Source of the DNA: Dehalococcoidales bacterium
GTDB lineage: Bacteria; Chloroflexota; Dehalococcoidia; Dehalococcoidales; Fen-1064
Reading direction: 5' to 3'
DNA length: 64,000 nucleotides
Assembly: GCA_020342155.1 (NCBI GenBank)
Contig: CP070842.1
Span: 555,930-619,929, forward strand
A program made the translations under genes and the position numbers. How positions within the stretch are numbered: position 1 is the first letter of the stretch; each line of letters begins with the position of its first letter. The notes beneath the pieces were generated by a model, which searched no databases, had not been told where the DNA came from, and saw nothing but the letters and a program-made list of their open reading frames with translations. Positions 9,083-19,331 of this stretch are shown one piece after another.

Positions 9083-10645
9083 CTAAGGGAGATTCACCTC
9101 GAAATCTTCCCAGGCGTCAAGCTCTTCACGGTACGGGTCTACCACTAACCGGCACGGAACATCGAAAAGCATCGTGGCGCGGTTACTAGCAGCATATGGT
9201 TCCCATTTTGGTATATCCGGGTGGTTAGGGTCGCCACTACGTGCAAAGGCAAGCCACGCCTCGCTCATCGATGTAGCCAGCTCGTATCTATCAGAGCGCT
9301 CACCAGTAAGGGCCGCCTCATCGACATTGTTAAAAATGAACGGGATATCGAGACCATGACATGCTTTGAAGAGGTATCCGAGGTAGTCAGACTCCCAGGT
9401 AAGCAGGTACATATAGACCGGGACATCACTGGCTGCCGCCTTACGCTCAGCGAGTCGAATAGATGCCAGCCTGAATCCTTCACTCGTAATCCCGATTAGC
9501 AAGTCCCAGGGCGTGGCATCAGGCCGTGTCTTCTTATAAACGCTGAGTATTCTATCCAGTCTATCACCGAGCTGGGGGGCTAATCGCTCGCGTAACTCAG
9601 ATTCTTCAAGTCGCCGCCGCCGTTGGTCAGCCGCCAGGAAGAGTGCCGACTCGTCCCGATTACAGCCAATCACCAGCGGGACATCCGCCGCTGTCGGTGC
9701 TGCCACGGGGTCAAACGGATGGGCAGGTAGGTAGTTGCCGTCCACTACCGGGGCAAATCGCATGAGGGCTCCACCGGCTACAGGTACACCTATCATACCA
9801 TCGGCAGTCCGCTCCACTAATATCCTGTTCACAGCTTCGAGCAGCTCATTTACCGGCATTTCCTGAAGTTTTTCAATCTCACTTGCCTTAATATTCAGTC
9901 CTGCCAGCAGCTGTTTGGTCATGCCTGTAGCCTCCTCGGACTCTACCCCTCGCAGCCCCGGGCCACTCTGTATAACAGCACGGTGAAACAGGCCCTTTGC
10001 CGAAGGCATGGCCAGCATCTTGCCAACCTTGCTGCCACCGCCGGATTCACCGAAAATCATTACGTTGCCCGCGTCACCGCCGAACTCACTGATGTTGTCC
10101 CGGACCCACTCCAGAGCCAGCACAATATCCAGCATTCCGGCTACACCTGAGCCAGCATACTCCTCACCAGCAATATCTTCCAGGTGCAGGTAACCAAAGA
10201 CATTGAGCCGGTGGTTGATTGTTACCACGACGACATCACCACGTTTGGCCAGTGCGGCGCCATTATACATTACGGACGAACCTGAACCCGTCCCAAAGCC
10301 ACCACCATGAAGCCAAACCATAACCGGACGCTTGCCACCATCTCCCATGGCTGATGTCCATATATTCAGTACCAGGCAGTCTTCACTCTGAGGCAACACT
10401 CTGACCTGCCCAAAGACAGGTCTGGCTGCTCTACCTTCGTCTGCTACTTGTCCTACCTGCGGACAGGTTGGCCCATAGTCAGTGGTGTCACACACACCCA
10501 CCCACGGCTCGGTTGGTGTCGGTGGCAGGAAACGACGATTCCCGCCTGTTGACGCACCGTATGGTATACCTTTAAAGGTAAAAACCTCTCGTTCCATTGT
10601 GCCACGTATTTTCCCCGCAGTTGTTTCGGCAATAATCTCGCTCAT
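9083..10645 (-). CDS. Type-B carboxylesterase/lipase (PnbA-like)
   Basis: FKGIPYGA...RF N-terminal motif, HGGGF oxyanion region, and nucleophile elbow GESGGG. Confidence 0.85.
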   Translation of the reverse strand: MSEIIAETTAGKIRGTMEREVFTFKGIPYGASTGGNRRFLPPTPTEPWVGVCDTTDYGPTCPQVGQVADEGRAARPVFGQVRVLPQSEDCLVLNIWTSAMGDGGKRPVMVWLHGGGFGTGSGSSVMYNGAALAKRGDVVVVTINHRLNVFGYLHLEDIAGEEYAGSGVAGMLDIVLALEWVRDNISEFGGDAGNVMIFGESGGGSKVGKMLAMPSAKGLFHRAVIQSGPGLRGVESEEATGMTKQLLAGLNIKASEIEKLQEMPVNELLEAVNRILVERTADGMIGVPVAGGALMRFAPVVDGNYLPAHPFDPVAAPTAADVPLVIGCNRDESALFLAADQRRRRLEESELRERLAPQLGDRLDRILSVYKKTRPDATPWDLLIGITSEGFRLASIRLAERKAAASDVPVYMYLLTWESDYLGYLFKACHGLDIPFIFNNVDEAALTGERSDRYELATSMSEAWLAFARSGDPNHPDIPKWEPYAASNRATMLFDVPCRLVVDPYREELDAWEDFEVNLP

Positions 10646-10766
10646 GTCTTATTCCTTTCTATTGGCATGTGATAGTGTTTGATACCGCTGCTGTTGCGTG
10701 ATTCCTACTCAACCTTTGTCAAGCAATCGTACCATAGATAATAATCCGACTGCTACTATCTGATAG

Positions 10767-10795
10767 TTGACGGCTGTTTCTCTCCATGCTACAGT
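10767..10795 (+). promoter_or_regulatory. Sigma-70-type promoter candidate for glpK (TTGACG-N17-TACAGT)
   Basis: Hexamers at 10767..10772 and 10790..10795 with exact 17-nt spacing, 37 nt upstream of the glpK ATG. Confidence 0.45.
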
Positions 10796-10831
10796 CTGAA
10801 GTGCGCGAAGCTGGTTAATGGAACAATCTCT

Positions 10832-12334
10832 ATGTCGATTAAAAGCTACATCCTGGCTCTAGACCAGGGAACTACCGGGAGTACTGCTCTGCTCGTTGAC
10901 GAGGAAGGGCAAGTCGTCTCCAAGTCATACCAAGAAATACAGCAGATATATCCCCAGCCAGGTTGGGTAGAGCAGTCTCCTAATGAGCTCTTCCAGACTT
11001 CACTGTCGGTAGTCCTGGAGGCCATACAGAAGGTAGGGGTATCAATCTCTCAGGTAAAGGGGATAGGTATTACCGGTCAACGGGAGACAACTATAGTATG
11101 GGACCGTCATACTGGAGAGCCGGTGAGTAACGCCATAGTCTGGCAGTGCCGGCGTACCGCCTCAATGTGCGAAGAACTCAAGCAACAGGGCTTGGGCCAG
11201 CCTATTAAGGAAAAGACAGGACTTATCATTGATGCTTACTTCTCGGCCACCAAGCTCCGCTGGATTTTGGACCACATCCCGCAGGGTCAACACCGTGCCC
11301 AGCAGGGCGACCTCCTATTCGGAACGGTAGATAGCTGGCTCATCTGGAACCTTACTGGTGGCGCCGTTCACGTCACCGATTACACCAATGCCTGCCGTAC
11401 CATGTTGTTCAACATAAATTCCCTCCAATGGGATAGCGAACTCCTTGACGCTCTTGAAATACCTGAAGCTGTTCTTCCGCAGGTTATGCCCTCCAGTAAG
11501 GTTTACGGTGAAACTGCCTCTGGTCTTCTCGGCGATTCTAAGGTTCCCATAGGGGCTATAGCCGGCGACCAGCAGGCAGCCCTTTTTGGCCAGGCCTGCT
11601 ATGACCCCGGAATGGCCAAAAATACTTATGGCACAGGTTCTTTCGTTCTGCTAAACACCGGTGATAGTCCGGTCCCCTCTCAGAAAGGCCTGATTACCAC
11701 CGTAGCTTGGGGGCTAAATAACAGAGTAAGTTACGCACTGGAGGGGAGTATATTCATCACAGGCGCCGCGGTACAGTGGCTCCGGGATGGCCTGAAAATT
11801 ATCACTGACGCCGCCGAGAGTGAGGCCATGGCCTGCTCTGTCGCTGACAACGGTGGAGTCTACTTCGTCCCAGCCTTTGTCGGTCTTGGTGCTCCTTACT
11901 GGGACATGTACGCTCGGGGCACTATCGTGGGGATTACCAGGGGCACCACTAGAGAGCATCTAGTGAGGGCTACCCTTGAGGCCATAGCCTATCAAACTCG
12001 GGAAGTCGTAGAAGCTATGGAGGCTGAGGCTGACCTTCATATCCCGCTACTCCGGGTGGACGGCGGAGGCACCGCCAATTCATTCCTAATGCAGTTCCAG
12101 GCTGATATTCTGGGGATTCCTATTCAGCGGACGGCAGTAGCTGAGACCACTGCCCTGGGAGCCGCGTATCTGGCAGGGCTGGCAGTTGGTATGTGGCGAG
12201 ATACCAAGGAGTTAACGCGAAAATGGCACGCCGCTGATATCTATGAGCCGAACATGGATACCGGCGAGCGTGAGATACTCTATAATCACTGGAAGTGTGC
12301 CGTAGAACGTGCCCACGGATGGAGCTTAGAGTAA
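10832..12334 (+). CDS. glpK: Glycerol kinase
   Basis: [12 protein letters not shown]..., [13 protein letters not shown] and the FGGY-family C-terminus; 500 aa. Confidence 0.95.
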   Translation: MSIKSYILALDQGTTGSTALLVDEEGQVVSKSYQEIQQIYPQPGWVEQSPNELFQTSLSVVLEAIQKVGVSISQVKGIGITGQRETTIVWDRHTGEPVSNAIVWQCRRTASMCEELKQQGLGQPIKEKTGLIIDAYFSATKLRWILDHIPQGQHRAQQGDLLFGTVDSWLIWNLTGGAVHVTDYTNACRTMLFNINSLQWDSELLDALEIPEAVLPQVMPSSKVYGETASGLLGDSKVPIGAIAGDQQAALFGQACYDPGMAKNTYGTGSFVLLNTGDSPVPSQKGLITTVAWGLNNRVSYALEGSIFITGAAVQWLRDGLKIITDAAESEAMACSVADNGGVYFVPAFVGLGAPYWDMYARGTIVGITRGTTREHLVRATLEAIAYQTREVVEAMEAEADLHIPLLRVDGGGTANSFLMQFQADILGIPIQRTAVAETTALGAAYLAGLAVGMWRDTKELTRKWHAADIYEPNMDTGEREILYNHWKCAVERAHGWSLE

Positions 12335-12350
12335 AACGAGAAAGTCTGGC

Positions 12351-13970
12351 ATGAAAAGAGACTTCGGCAAGCTCAAGGGAGAGAACTTCGATCTGATTGT
12401 GGTCGGTGGGGGTATTGTTGGAGCAGGTATTGCCCGTGATGCTGCCCTCCGCGGCCTCCACACGTTACTTGTGGAAAAAGAGGGCTTTGCCCACGGTACC
12501 ACTTCACGCTCTACCCGGCTTATTCATGGAGGACTACGCTACCTGCGCACCCTGCAATTCAAGTTAGTCAGGCAAGACTTGCGGGAACGAGAAATCCTTC
12601 TCAAAATTGCCCCTCACTTAGTGCATAGGCTCCAGTTCGTCATCCCGGCACTGCGCAGCGAGCCCTTCTACCGGTTCTCCCTACCTTTTGGCTTATACCT
12701 GTACGATATCCTGGCAAAGGGAAGTAGTTTACCCCGCTGGCGGCGGTTTTCCCGACAAAAAACCTTAGATCTAGAACCGAGCTTGGTAGATATTGACGGG
12801 CTCGTAGGCTCATATCTTTACTATGACTGTCAGGCAGAGTTCATGGAAAGGCTTTGCCTGGAGAATGTTCTATCCGCTGCCGAGAATGGTGCTTGTATCC
12901 TGAACCACGCTGCGGCCATGAATTTACTGACTAAAAACGGTACCGCACAAGGAATCGAGGTAAAAGATACACTCACCGGAGAAAACTACGTTGCTAACGG
13001 ACGCATGGTACTCAACGCCGGGGGACACTGGGCAGACCTGATGTGGGATAAGCTTAACATTAATAGCACAGATAGACTACGCCGGACTAAAGGCATCCAT
13101 CTGCTAACCAGGAAGGTCTCCAATAACGCCCTTGTATTATTCGCCAAGAGCGATGGCCGTCTTTTTTTTGTAATTCCCCTGGGGGAATACTCCTTAATCG
13201 GCACTACCGATACCGACTATGCCAACGATTTGGATACCGTATATGCCAGTTCCTCAGACGTGAAATATCTAGTCACAGAGATGCGTCATTACTTCCCCCA
13301 GTTCGGGCAAGACGATATCTACTATGCAATGGCCGGCTTAAGGTCCCTTGTCGCCTCAGAGAATAAGGCAGCCTCCGACACCTCACGAGCACACAAACTC
13401 GTTGACCATGAGCAAAAGAACGGCAAAAAAGGTTTTATCACCGTGCTGGGTGGAAAGATAACAGCCTATCGCTCTATCGCCGAGGAAGCACTAGACCTGG
13501 TCTGCAAGAAATTTGGTGTGCAAGCTCCATGTATTACCGCAGATACCCCGCTTCCAGGAGCACCAGCCGTACCTGCTCAAGACATAGAACAAGCCACCCA
13601 ACAGCACGGCCTCCCTTTAGAAACGGTCGCTTATCTCGCAACCTTATACGGTTCAAGGTTTTCTGTGGTGCTTAACTATGTAAGTGCAGATAAGCGGCTG
13701 GGACAACCAATTGTGGCCAGTTGCCGGGATATTCTAGCCCAGATTAAATACGCTGTTGATGAAGAGGAGGCCATGACCCTGAGTGATTTTCTATTATGCT
13801 GCACCAATATCGGACTTGGGCAATCACAAGGTCTCGATGCCATCGAGACAGTAGCTCGGGAAATGGGACTGCTTCTGGGATGGAGTAAAACAGAAGAGCA
13901 AGACCAGATAGAAAGCTACCGGGCTTTAGCAGCTCTGGGCCAGCGCTTCAGGACCGAGGCTATTAACTAA
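12351..13970 (+). CDS. FAD-dependent glycerol-3-phosphate dehydrogenase (GlpA/GlpD family)
   Basis: DLIVVGGGIVGAGIARDAALRGL...GTTSRSTRLIHGGLRYL, immediately downstream of glpK. Confidence 0.9.
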   Translation: MKRDFGKLKGENFDLIVVGGGIVGAGIARDAALRGLHTLLVEKEGFAHGTTSRSTRLIHGGLRYLRTLQFKLVRQDLREREILLKIAPHLVHRLQFVIPALRSEPFYRFSLPFGLYLYDILAKGSSLPRWRRFSRQKTLDLEPSLVDIDGLVGSYLYYDCQAEFMERLCLENVLSAAENGACILNHAAAMNLLTKNGTAQGIEVKDTLTGENYVANGRMVLNAGGHWADLMWDKLNINSTDRLRRTKGIHLLTRKVSNNALVLFAKSDGRLFFVIPLGEYSLIGTTDTDYANDLDTVYASSSDVKYLVTEMRHYFPQFGQDDIYYAMAGLRSLVASENKAASDTSRAHKLVDHEQKNGKKGFITVLGGKITAYRSIAEEALDLVCKKFGVQAPCITADTPLPGAPAVPAQDIEQATQQHGLPLETVAYLATLYGSRFSVVLNYVSADKRLGQPIVASCRDILAQIKYAVDEEEAMTLSDFLLCCTNIGLGQSQGLDAIETVAREMGLLLGWSKTEEQDQIESYRALAALGQRFRTEAIN

Positions 13971-14010
13971 TAGAGGGAATAACCAGTGCTAAAGGGAAGA
14001 GAATGCCAAC

Positions 14011-16128
14011 ATGAGTGAATCTACCGGTGAACAAATAATTAAAAGTAATTGTCGTGGTTGCCACGGTGGTTGCGGTGTTCTGGTCCATGTTAGAGACGGC
14101 GTCATTTTCAAGATTGAAGGCGACCCTGACTTCCCTACCAATCACGGCAGCATGTGCAGTAAGGGTCTAGCCTTTCACCAGCTGGTGTATCATCCGGACC
14201 GGGTCAAGTACCCCCTCAAACGAGCTGGTAAAAGAGGCGAGGGCAGGTGGCAAAGAATCTCCTGGGATGAGGCCCTGGATACCATTGTCAATAGACTGAA
14301 GCAGGTAATAGAGACCTATGGTCCTGAGTCCATTGCCTTAGGACAGGGCACCTCCAGAGAAGGTGAGTCCTTTTTTGCCAGATTCGGCAATCTGTTAGGC
14401 ACACCAAATATCTTCACTGCCGGACACTTCTGCTATTTGTCCAGGGTGGGTGCCTCCCTAGTAACCTGTGGTAACCTTCCTATCTCTGACTACGATAATG
14501 ACCCGAAGTGTGTCATGGTGTGGGGAAACAACATTCTCTGGGTCAACGCCGATGAGTACACCGGTGAAAACCTGTCCCGCGTAATGGCCAAGGGAATAAA
14601 GCTGATTGTCATCGACCCCAGGTTGACTTACCTATCAAGCAGGGCAGATATCTGGCTACAGCTCAGGCCGGGAACAGATGCTGCCCTGGCATTTGGCATG
14701 GCCCACGTGATAATTGATGAAGAGCTTTATGATAGCGAGTTTGTCGAGAAGTACGTCCACGGCTGGGATGAGTTCGTTGAGCGTGTCCGCGAATACCCCC
14801 TGGACAAAGTGGAGGAGATTACCTGGGTACCGGCGGAAAAGATAAGGGAAGCGGCCAGGCTCTTTGCTCAAACGAAGCCGGCTACTATCCAATGGGGAGT
14901 AGCCATCGAGCAGACCATCAATTGCATTGACGCTGACCGGCTTCTCATTGACCTGGTGGCCATAACCGGTAATCTGGATATACCCGGTGGAAGTGTCTTC
15001 TTCCAACCGCCAAAAGGGAGGACGATTAGCCAGTTCACCTATCATCGGGAGTTTCCTCCGGAGCAGAGAGCCAAGTACCTGGCCGGTGATGCTCATAAGC
15101 TCTGTCAGATGATTGGACTGCTGCCGGAAAAGTATGTTTGGGACGCTATTCTTACCAGCAAGCCCTACCCCATCAAGGCGATTATGATTCAGGCTTCCAA
15201 CCCCGTTATTACTAGGCCCAATGCCAAAGAGGTCTATAAAGCATTGAGTGAGGTCGAGTTCCTGTCGGTAGCTGATTTTTTCCTGACACCCACTGCAGAT
15301 CTGGCAGATATTTTCCTGCCGGCAGCTACCTGGCTGGAAGCAGATTATACCGGTGGCTTCTTCTTCCGCCACGGGTATCTGTTCCCCAGAAGGAAAATCG
15401 TGCAGATCGGCGAATGCAAGTCTGACTTCGAGATATGGAACGAATTGGGTCGAAGGATGGGGCAGAAAGGCTGGGGGTCTAATGTCGAGGCTGACCTCGA
15501 CTTCATACTGGAGCCCGGCGGTGTTACCTGGGCTCAGGTCAGGGATAAGCCCTATTTAAGAGGTGAGGTAGTCTACAGAAAGCACGAGAAAAAGGGCTTT
15601 TCCACACCCACGGGCAAGTTTGAGCTCTACTGCTCCACTTTTGAGAAATGGGGCTACGACCCGCTACCAAAGTACCTGGAAATACCCGAGAGCCCGGTAA
15701 GCAAACCGGAAATGACAAAGGAGTACCCATACATTCTGATTACCGGCCCCCGGTCACCCGTCTTTTTCCATTCTGAGCACCGCATGATTCCCTGGCTGCG
15801 TGAGTGCCACCCCGACCCCATCGTCGAGATGCACCCTCAGGCAGCTGAGAAACACGGTATCGACGAAGGCGATTGGGTATACATTGAAAGCCCGAGAGGA
15901 AGAATCAAGCAGCGGGCTAACATTAGCCCCGGGATTGATCCACGGGTGGTATGTATTCAGCACGGCTGGTGGTTCCCCGAACAGAAAGACCCGGGACATG
16001 GTTGGGACCAGTCAAGTAGTAATATCCTCACCGATAATGACCCCGATACCTATGATATCTCGATGGGTGCCTCCAACCTGAGGGCCTTGATGTGCAAAAT
16101 ATACCCGGTTACGGAAGAGGAGGCATAA
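14011..16128 (+). CDS. Cytoplasmic molybdopterin (bis-PGD) oxidoreductase, DMSO-reductase superfamily
   Basis: N-terminal [4Fe-4S] motif CRGCHGGCGVLVHV...CSKG with no Tat signal. C-terminal beta-barrel domain (GDWVYIESPRGRI). Confidence 0.85.
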   Translation: MSESTGEQIIKSNCRGCHGGCGVLVHVRDGVIFKIEGDPDFPTNHGSMCSKGLAFHQLVYHPDRVKYPLKRAGKRGEGRWQRISWDEALDTIVNRLKQVIETYGPESIALGQGTSREGESFFARFGNLLGTPNIFTAGHFCYLSRVGASLVTCGNLPISDYDNDPKCVMVWGNNILWVNADEYTGENLSRVMAKGIKLIVIDPRLTYLSSRADIWLQLRPGTDAALAFGMAHVIIDEELYDSEFVEKYVHGWDEFVERVREYPLDKVEEITWVPAEKIREAARLFAQTKPATIQWGVAIEQTINCIDADRLLIDLVAITGNLDIPGGSVFFQPPKGRTISQFTYHREFPPEQRAKYLAGDAHKLCQMIGLLPEKYVWDAILTSKPYPIKAIMIQASNPVITRPNAKEVYKALSEVEFLSVADFFLTPTADLADIFLPAATWLEADYTGGFFFRHGYLFPRRKIVQIGECKSDFEIWNELGRRMGQKGWGSNVEADLDFILEPGGVTWAQVRDKPYLRGEVVYRKHEKKGFSTPTGKFELYCSTFEKWGYDPLPKYLEIPESPVSKPEMTKEYPYILITGPRSPVFFHSEHRMIPWLRECHPDPIVEMHPQAAEKHGIDEGDWVYIESPRGRIKQRANISPGIDPRVVCIQHGWWFPEQKDPGHGWDQSSSNILTDNDPDTYDISMGASNLRALMCKIYPVTEEEA

Positions 16129-17777
16129 CAATACTTAAAGAATACAAACGCATAACCGTTGCTGAGAACTGTCATGGTTGCTTCGCCTGTGAAGTGGCCT
16201 GCAAGCAGGAGCATAGCCTGCCGGTAGGTCCCCGATGGATAAGGGTATATCCCGATATGAGAGAAGTTGGCGGTCAGTGGCGACTCAGCTACTTTGTCAC
16301 CGAGTGCGGGCGTGCCGCACCTGCTCCGTGTCAGCTTGCCTGCCCCGCCGGACTGAATGCCTGGCACTACGTCAGTCTTGCTTCGCAGGGCAAATTCAAG
16401 GAAGCCCTTGAGGTGATAAGGAAGACAACGCCTTTTGCCGGAGTTCTGGGTCGTGTCTGTACCCGTCCCTGTGAACTGGATTGTGAGCGCGGGAAGGTCG
16501 ATGTACCGGTGGCGATTCGTGCTCTAAAGCGCTTCCTGGCTGACCACGAAATGCAATCAGGCAGAGAGAAAGCAACTCCCGTGAAGCAGACCAAGGACAG
16601 CCAAGTAGCTATCATCGGCTCTGGTCCGACCGGTTTGTCCTGCGCCTACGACCTCATCCGGCAGGGGTATCCGGTTACCGTGTTCGAGACTGACGAAAGG
16701 CCCGGCGGCCAATTACGCTACGGAATTCCAGAAAACAGGCTACCAAAACAAATAGTGGATGATGAGATTGGTTACATCGAGGAACTGGGAGTAGAGATAA
16801 AGACAAACACCCCAATTAAAGACTTGTCGGGAGTTTTAAGTCAGGAATATCAAGCCATCTTTCTGGCAGCTGGTGCTCACCTGAGCCAGAAAATGGAAAT
16901 CCCCGGAGAAGATACCGAAGGGGTAACGTATGCCCTCGATTTTCTCAAACGCTTGAATTCCGGGCAGAAGGTTACTCTTGGGGAAAAGGTAGCTGTTATT
17001 GGCGGCGGTAATACAGCGGTCGACGCCGCCAGAGTGGCACTGCATATGGGAGTAAAGGAAGTCTCAATCATCTATCGTCGCTCCCGAGCCGAAATGCCGG
17101 CGATGGCTGCGGAAGTAGAGGAGGCGGAGCGGGAAGGTGTAAAAGTGGACTTCCTGGCAGTTCCAACTAGAATATTGAGTAAAGGTAACCAACTAACAGG
17201 TATTGAATGCGTTCGAATGGAGTTAGGCGAGTACGATGCTAGCGGTCGCCGGTCTCCAGTGCCTGTCAGAGGCTCTCAGTTCAACGTAGACATCGATAAT
17301 CTGCTTGTCGCTGTTAGTGAGTCGGTAGACAAGGCAATGCTGCCTGAAGGCCTAAAATCGACTGAACGGGGGACTGTTCATGTAAATCCCCACACTTTAC
17401 AGACAAACGTGGTTGGTGTGTTTGCTGGCGGTGATGTCGTCACCGGCCCGAGGGATGTTGTTGGGGCGATTGCCGCAGGTAAAGAAGCCGCCGTCTCCAT
17501 TGACCGTTACCTCAGTGGAATGGACTTAAGGGAGGACAGATCAACCACAGCTAGAGTATTGCGTGAGGTAACAAAGGGAGACAGCATCAGGACAGTTACC
17601 GCCTTGATTGATGAAAAAAAGGCCATTGCTGAAGCCAAGCGCTGCCTGAATTGCGGCGTGTGCGCCGAAACACTCGAAAACGGGTTACAGACGGCTTGTG
17701 TCAATGCCTGCCCCAGTCATTGTATTTACTATCGGGATATCTGGGAAATCACACCCAAAACAGGCCCATATCTGTAG
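16092..17777 (+). CDS. GltD-like NAD(P)H-dependent FAD/Fe-S oxidoreductase with N- and C-terminal ferredoxin motifs
   Basis: CHGCFACEVACK, GltD-like CxxxC clusters, IIGSGPTGLSCA and VIGGGNTAVDAAR dinucleotide folds. GTG start overlaps the upstream gene by 37 nt, preceded by GAGGG 7 nt upstream; no other in-frame start codon before the first Cys motif. Confidence 0.8.
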   Translation: MQNIPGYGRGGITILKEYKRITVAENCHGCFACEVACKQEHSLPVGPRWIRVYPDMREVGGQWRLSYFVTECGRAAPAPCQLACPAGLNAWHYVSLASQGKFKEALEVIRKTTPFAGVLGRVCTRPCELDCERGKVDVPVAIRALKRFLADHEMQSGREKATPVKQTKDSQVAIIGSGPTGLSCAYDLIRQGYPVTVFETDERPGGQLRYGIPENRLPKQIVDDEIGYIEELGVEIKTNTPIKDLSGVLSQEYQAIFLAAGAHLSQKMEIPGEDTEGVTYALDFLKRLNSGQKVTLGEKVAVIGGGNTAVDAARVALHMGVKEVSIIYRRSRAEMPAMAAEVEEAEREGVKVDFLAVPTRILSKGNQLTGIECVRMELGEYDASGRRSPVPVRGSQFNVDIDNLLVAVSESVDKAMLPEGLKSTERGTVHVNPHTLQTNVVGVFAGGDVVTGPRDVVGAIAAGKEAAVSIDRYLSGMDLREDRSTTARVLREVTKGDSIRTVTALIDEKKAIAEAKRCLNCGVCAETLENGLQTACVNACPSHCIYYRDIWEITPKTGPYL

Positions 17778-17839
17778 CTTGAGACTCGCCGATAGATACG
17801 GATGTCACTGTACCTCGAAAATGTGGAATCTAACGTCAC

Positions 17840-17868
17840 TTGACATCACTCTAGTTTACCTCTAGACT
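17840..17868 (+). promoter_or_regulatory. Sigma-70 promoter TTGACA-N17-TAGACT (copy 1 of a duplicated ~49-bp promoter segment)
   Basis: -35 at 17840..17845 and -10 at 17863..17868. The ~49-bp segment 17829..17877 recurs at 18654..18702. Confidence 0.6.
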
Positions 17869-17905
17869 GTGAGCACCGATTCAGCACGGGAGAGTTAGTG
17901 ATAAT

Positions 17906-18391
17906 ATGAACACATCGTCCGAAGTGGTCTTTCTTCTTGGTGCAGGTGCCTCTGTTAAGGCTGGGGTACCTGATACATTGAAATTTGTAACAGAATTTCA
18001 AGCCAGTATAAAGAATGGAGAAATGAGACGTACGGTCGATAAGGTTATTGAGATACTGAACAGTTGGCTAGAAAGTAAATGGACTACCGTCAAACTCGAC
18101 GTCGAACTTCTCCTAGAAACACTCACTAAGTTGGAATTAAAAGACCAAGAACCTTTATTGCAGTTTTATGGGGAAGGTGAATATTTGCTTGAAGAGTATA
18201 GTCCAAAACAAAGTATAATCGAAAATTTAAAAGACTATATTAAGAGTAGAGCAATAATTGATTCAGATGAACGTATACAGTATCTCCAGCCACTTCTAGG
18301 ATTTATTGAGCAATATCCAACTATTGATGTGATTTCAGCGTTTAGCAAGGTTCAGTCAGACGAAACTACGATGTGTTCTGTTATGTTCTGA
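17906..18391 (+). pseudogene. N-terminal fragment of a SIR2-like (SIR2_2/DHS-like NAD-binding) protein
   Basis: VVFLLGAGASVKAGVPDT matches the GAGxSxxxGxP N-terminus of SIR2-like proteins. The ORF stops after 161 aa, about where the next conserved SIR2 motif (recalled from memory) would be expected. Confidence 0.45.
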
Positions 18392-18609
18392 GACAGCTCC
18401 TGAACCAGTTTGGTAAGAACAGAGTTATGTTCGACACGGATGCCTCCAGTCTGGAACATTTGCTGACGACAAAAGAGTTTGTTAAGAGTATTATCAATCT
18501 TCCCAACAAGGCCCCAGATCCTATTCACTTCACTGAGGAAGAAGTATCCGCAATCCTTGATAGTAATGCTCGCCGGTTGCTTGACTCTATACCGAACACA
18601 ATCTCCTAG
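18373..18609 (+). pseudogene. C-terminal fragment of an amidohydrolase-2-type metal hydrolase
   Basis: FGKNRVMFDTDAS...FTEEEVSAILDSNARRLL resembles the conserved C-terminus (G.DRxxFGSDxP...LSxEExxKILxxNAxRLL). Only 78 aa, in a different frame from the SIR2-like fragment and overlapping it. Confidence 0.45.
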
Positions 18610-18664
18610 GGCTCGCCGACATACACGAATTCCACTTTCCCTCAACTGCACAACTCAACATCAC

Positions 18665-18693
18665 TTGACATCATTTCAATTTACTTCTAGACT
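18665..18693 (+). promoter_or_regulatory. Sigma-70 promoter TTGACA-N17-TAGACT (copy 2), upstream of the RDD gene
   Basis: -35 at 18665..18670 and -10 at 18688..18693. Sequence is similar to 17829..17877. Confidence 0.6.
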
Positions 18694-18728
18694 GTGAACA
18701 CCAACCCGTACGTATATGTTCGTCTGGA

Positions 18729-19331
18729 ATGTATAAGCCGATGAAATGCAAGATCTGCGGGCAGGACAATCCCCTGGAAGCTAGTTTCTGTGGTAGCTGT
18801 GGCGCTGTTCTAGCCGACACGATTGAGTCAGTCGTACCAGAAGCAGCACTCACTCCCTCGCGGGTTGTACCAGCGGTATCTGTTGAGTATGCGGGCTTCT
18901 GGATACGCTTTGCTGCATCCATAATAGATTCGATAATAGTGGAAGCTGTCTATTTTTTATTCGCCTTCTTACTGTATAGGGCAGTAATCGCTGACCTGTA
19001 TTCACCTTTTATCTCCGTATTCTGGTTCCCTATACCTTGGTTGTTACCCTGGTTGTACTACTGGCTCTTCATTGGGTTAAAGGGACAGACTCTGGGCAAG
19101 ATGGCAGTTGGTATTAAAGTGATCAATATCCAAGGTGAAAAACCGGGACTCGGGCTCGCCGCACTCCGAGAAATCGTGGGGAAACTAGTTTCCAGTATCG
19201 TTTTTTGCTTGGGCTATTTGTGGATCGCTTTTGATGAACAAAAGCAAGGCTGGCACGATAAGATTGCCAGTACCTATGTAGTCAAAGTAGAATCCCACAA
19301 TATGAGGGGAGGGTACAATGAAGTGTCCTAG
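18729..19331 (+). CDS. Zinc-ribbon + RDD-family membrane protein
   Basis: CKICGQ...CGSCG zinc ribbon. RDD hallmarks YAGFWIRFAASIIDSII, GQTLGKMAVGIKV and GWHDKIA. Confidence 0.8.
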   Translation: MYKPMKCKICGQDNPLEASFCGSCGAVLADTIESVVPEAALTPSRVVPAVSVEYAGFWIRFAASIIDSIIVEAVYFLFAFLLYRAVIADLYSPFISVFWFPIPWLLPWLYYWLFIGLKGQTLGKMAVGIKVINIQGEKPGLGLAALREIVGKLVSSIVFCLGYLWIAFDEQKQGWHDKIASTYVVKVESHNMRGGYNEVS

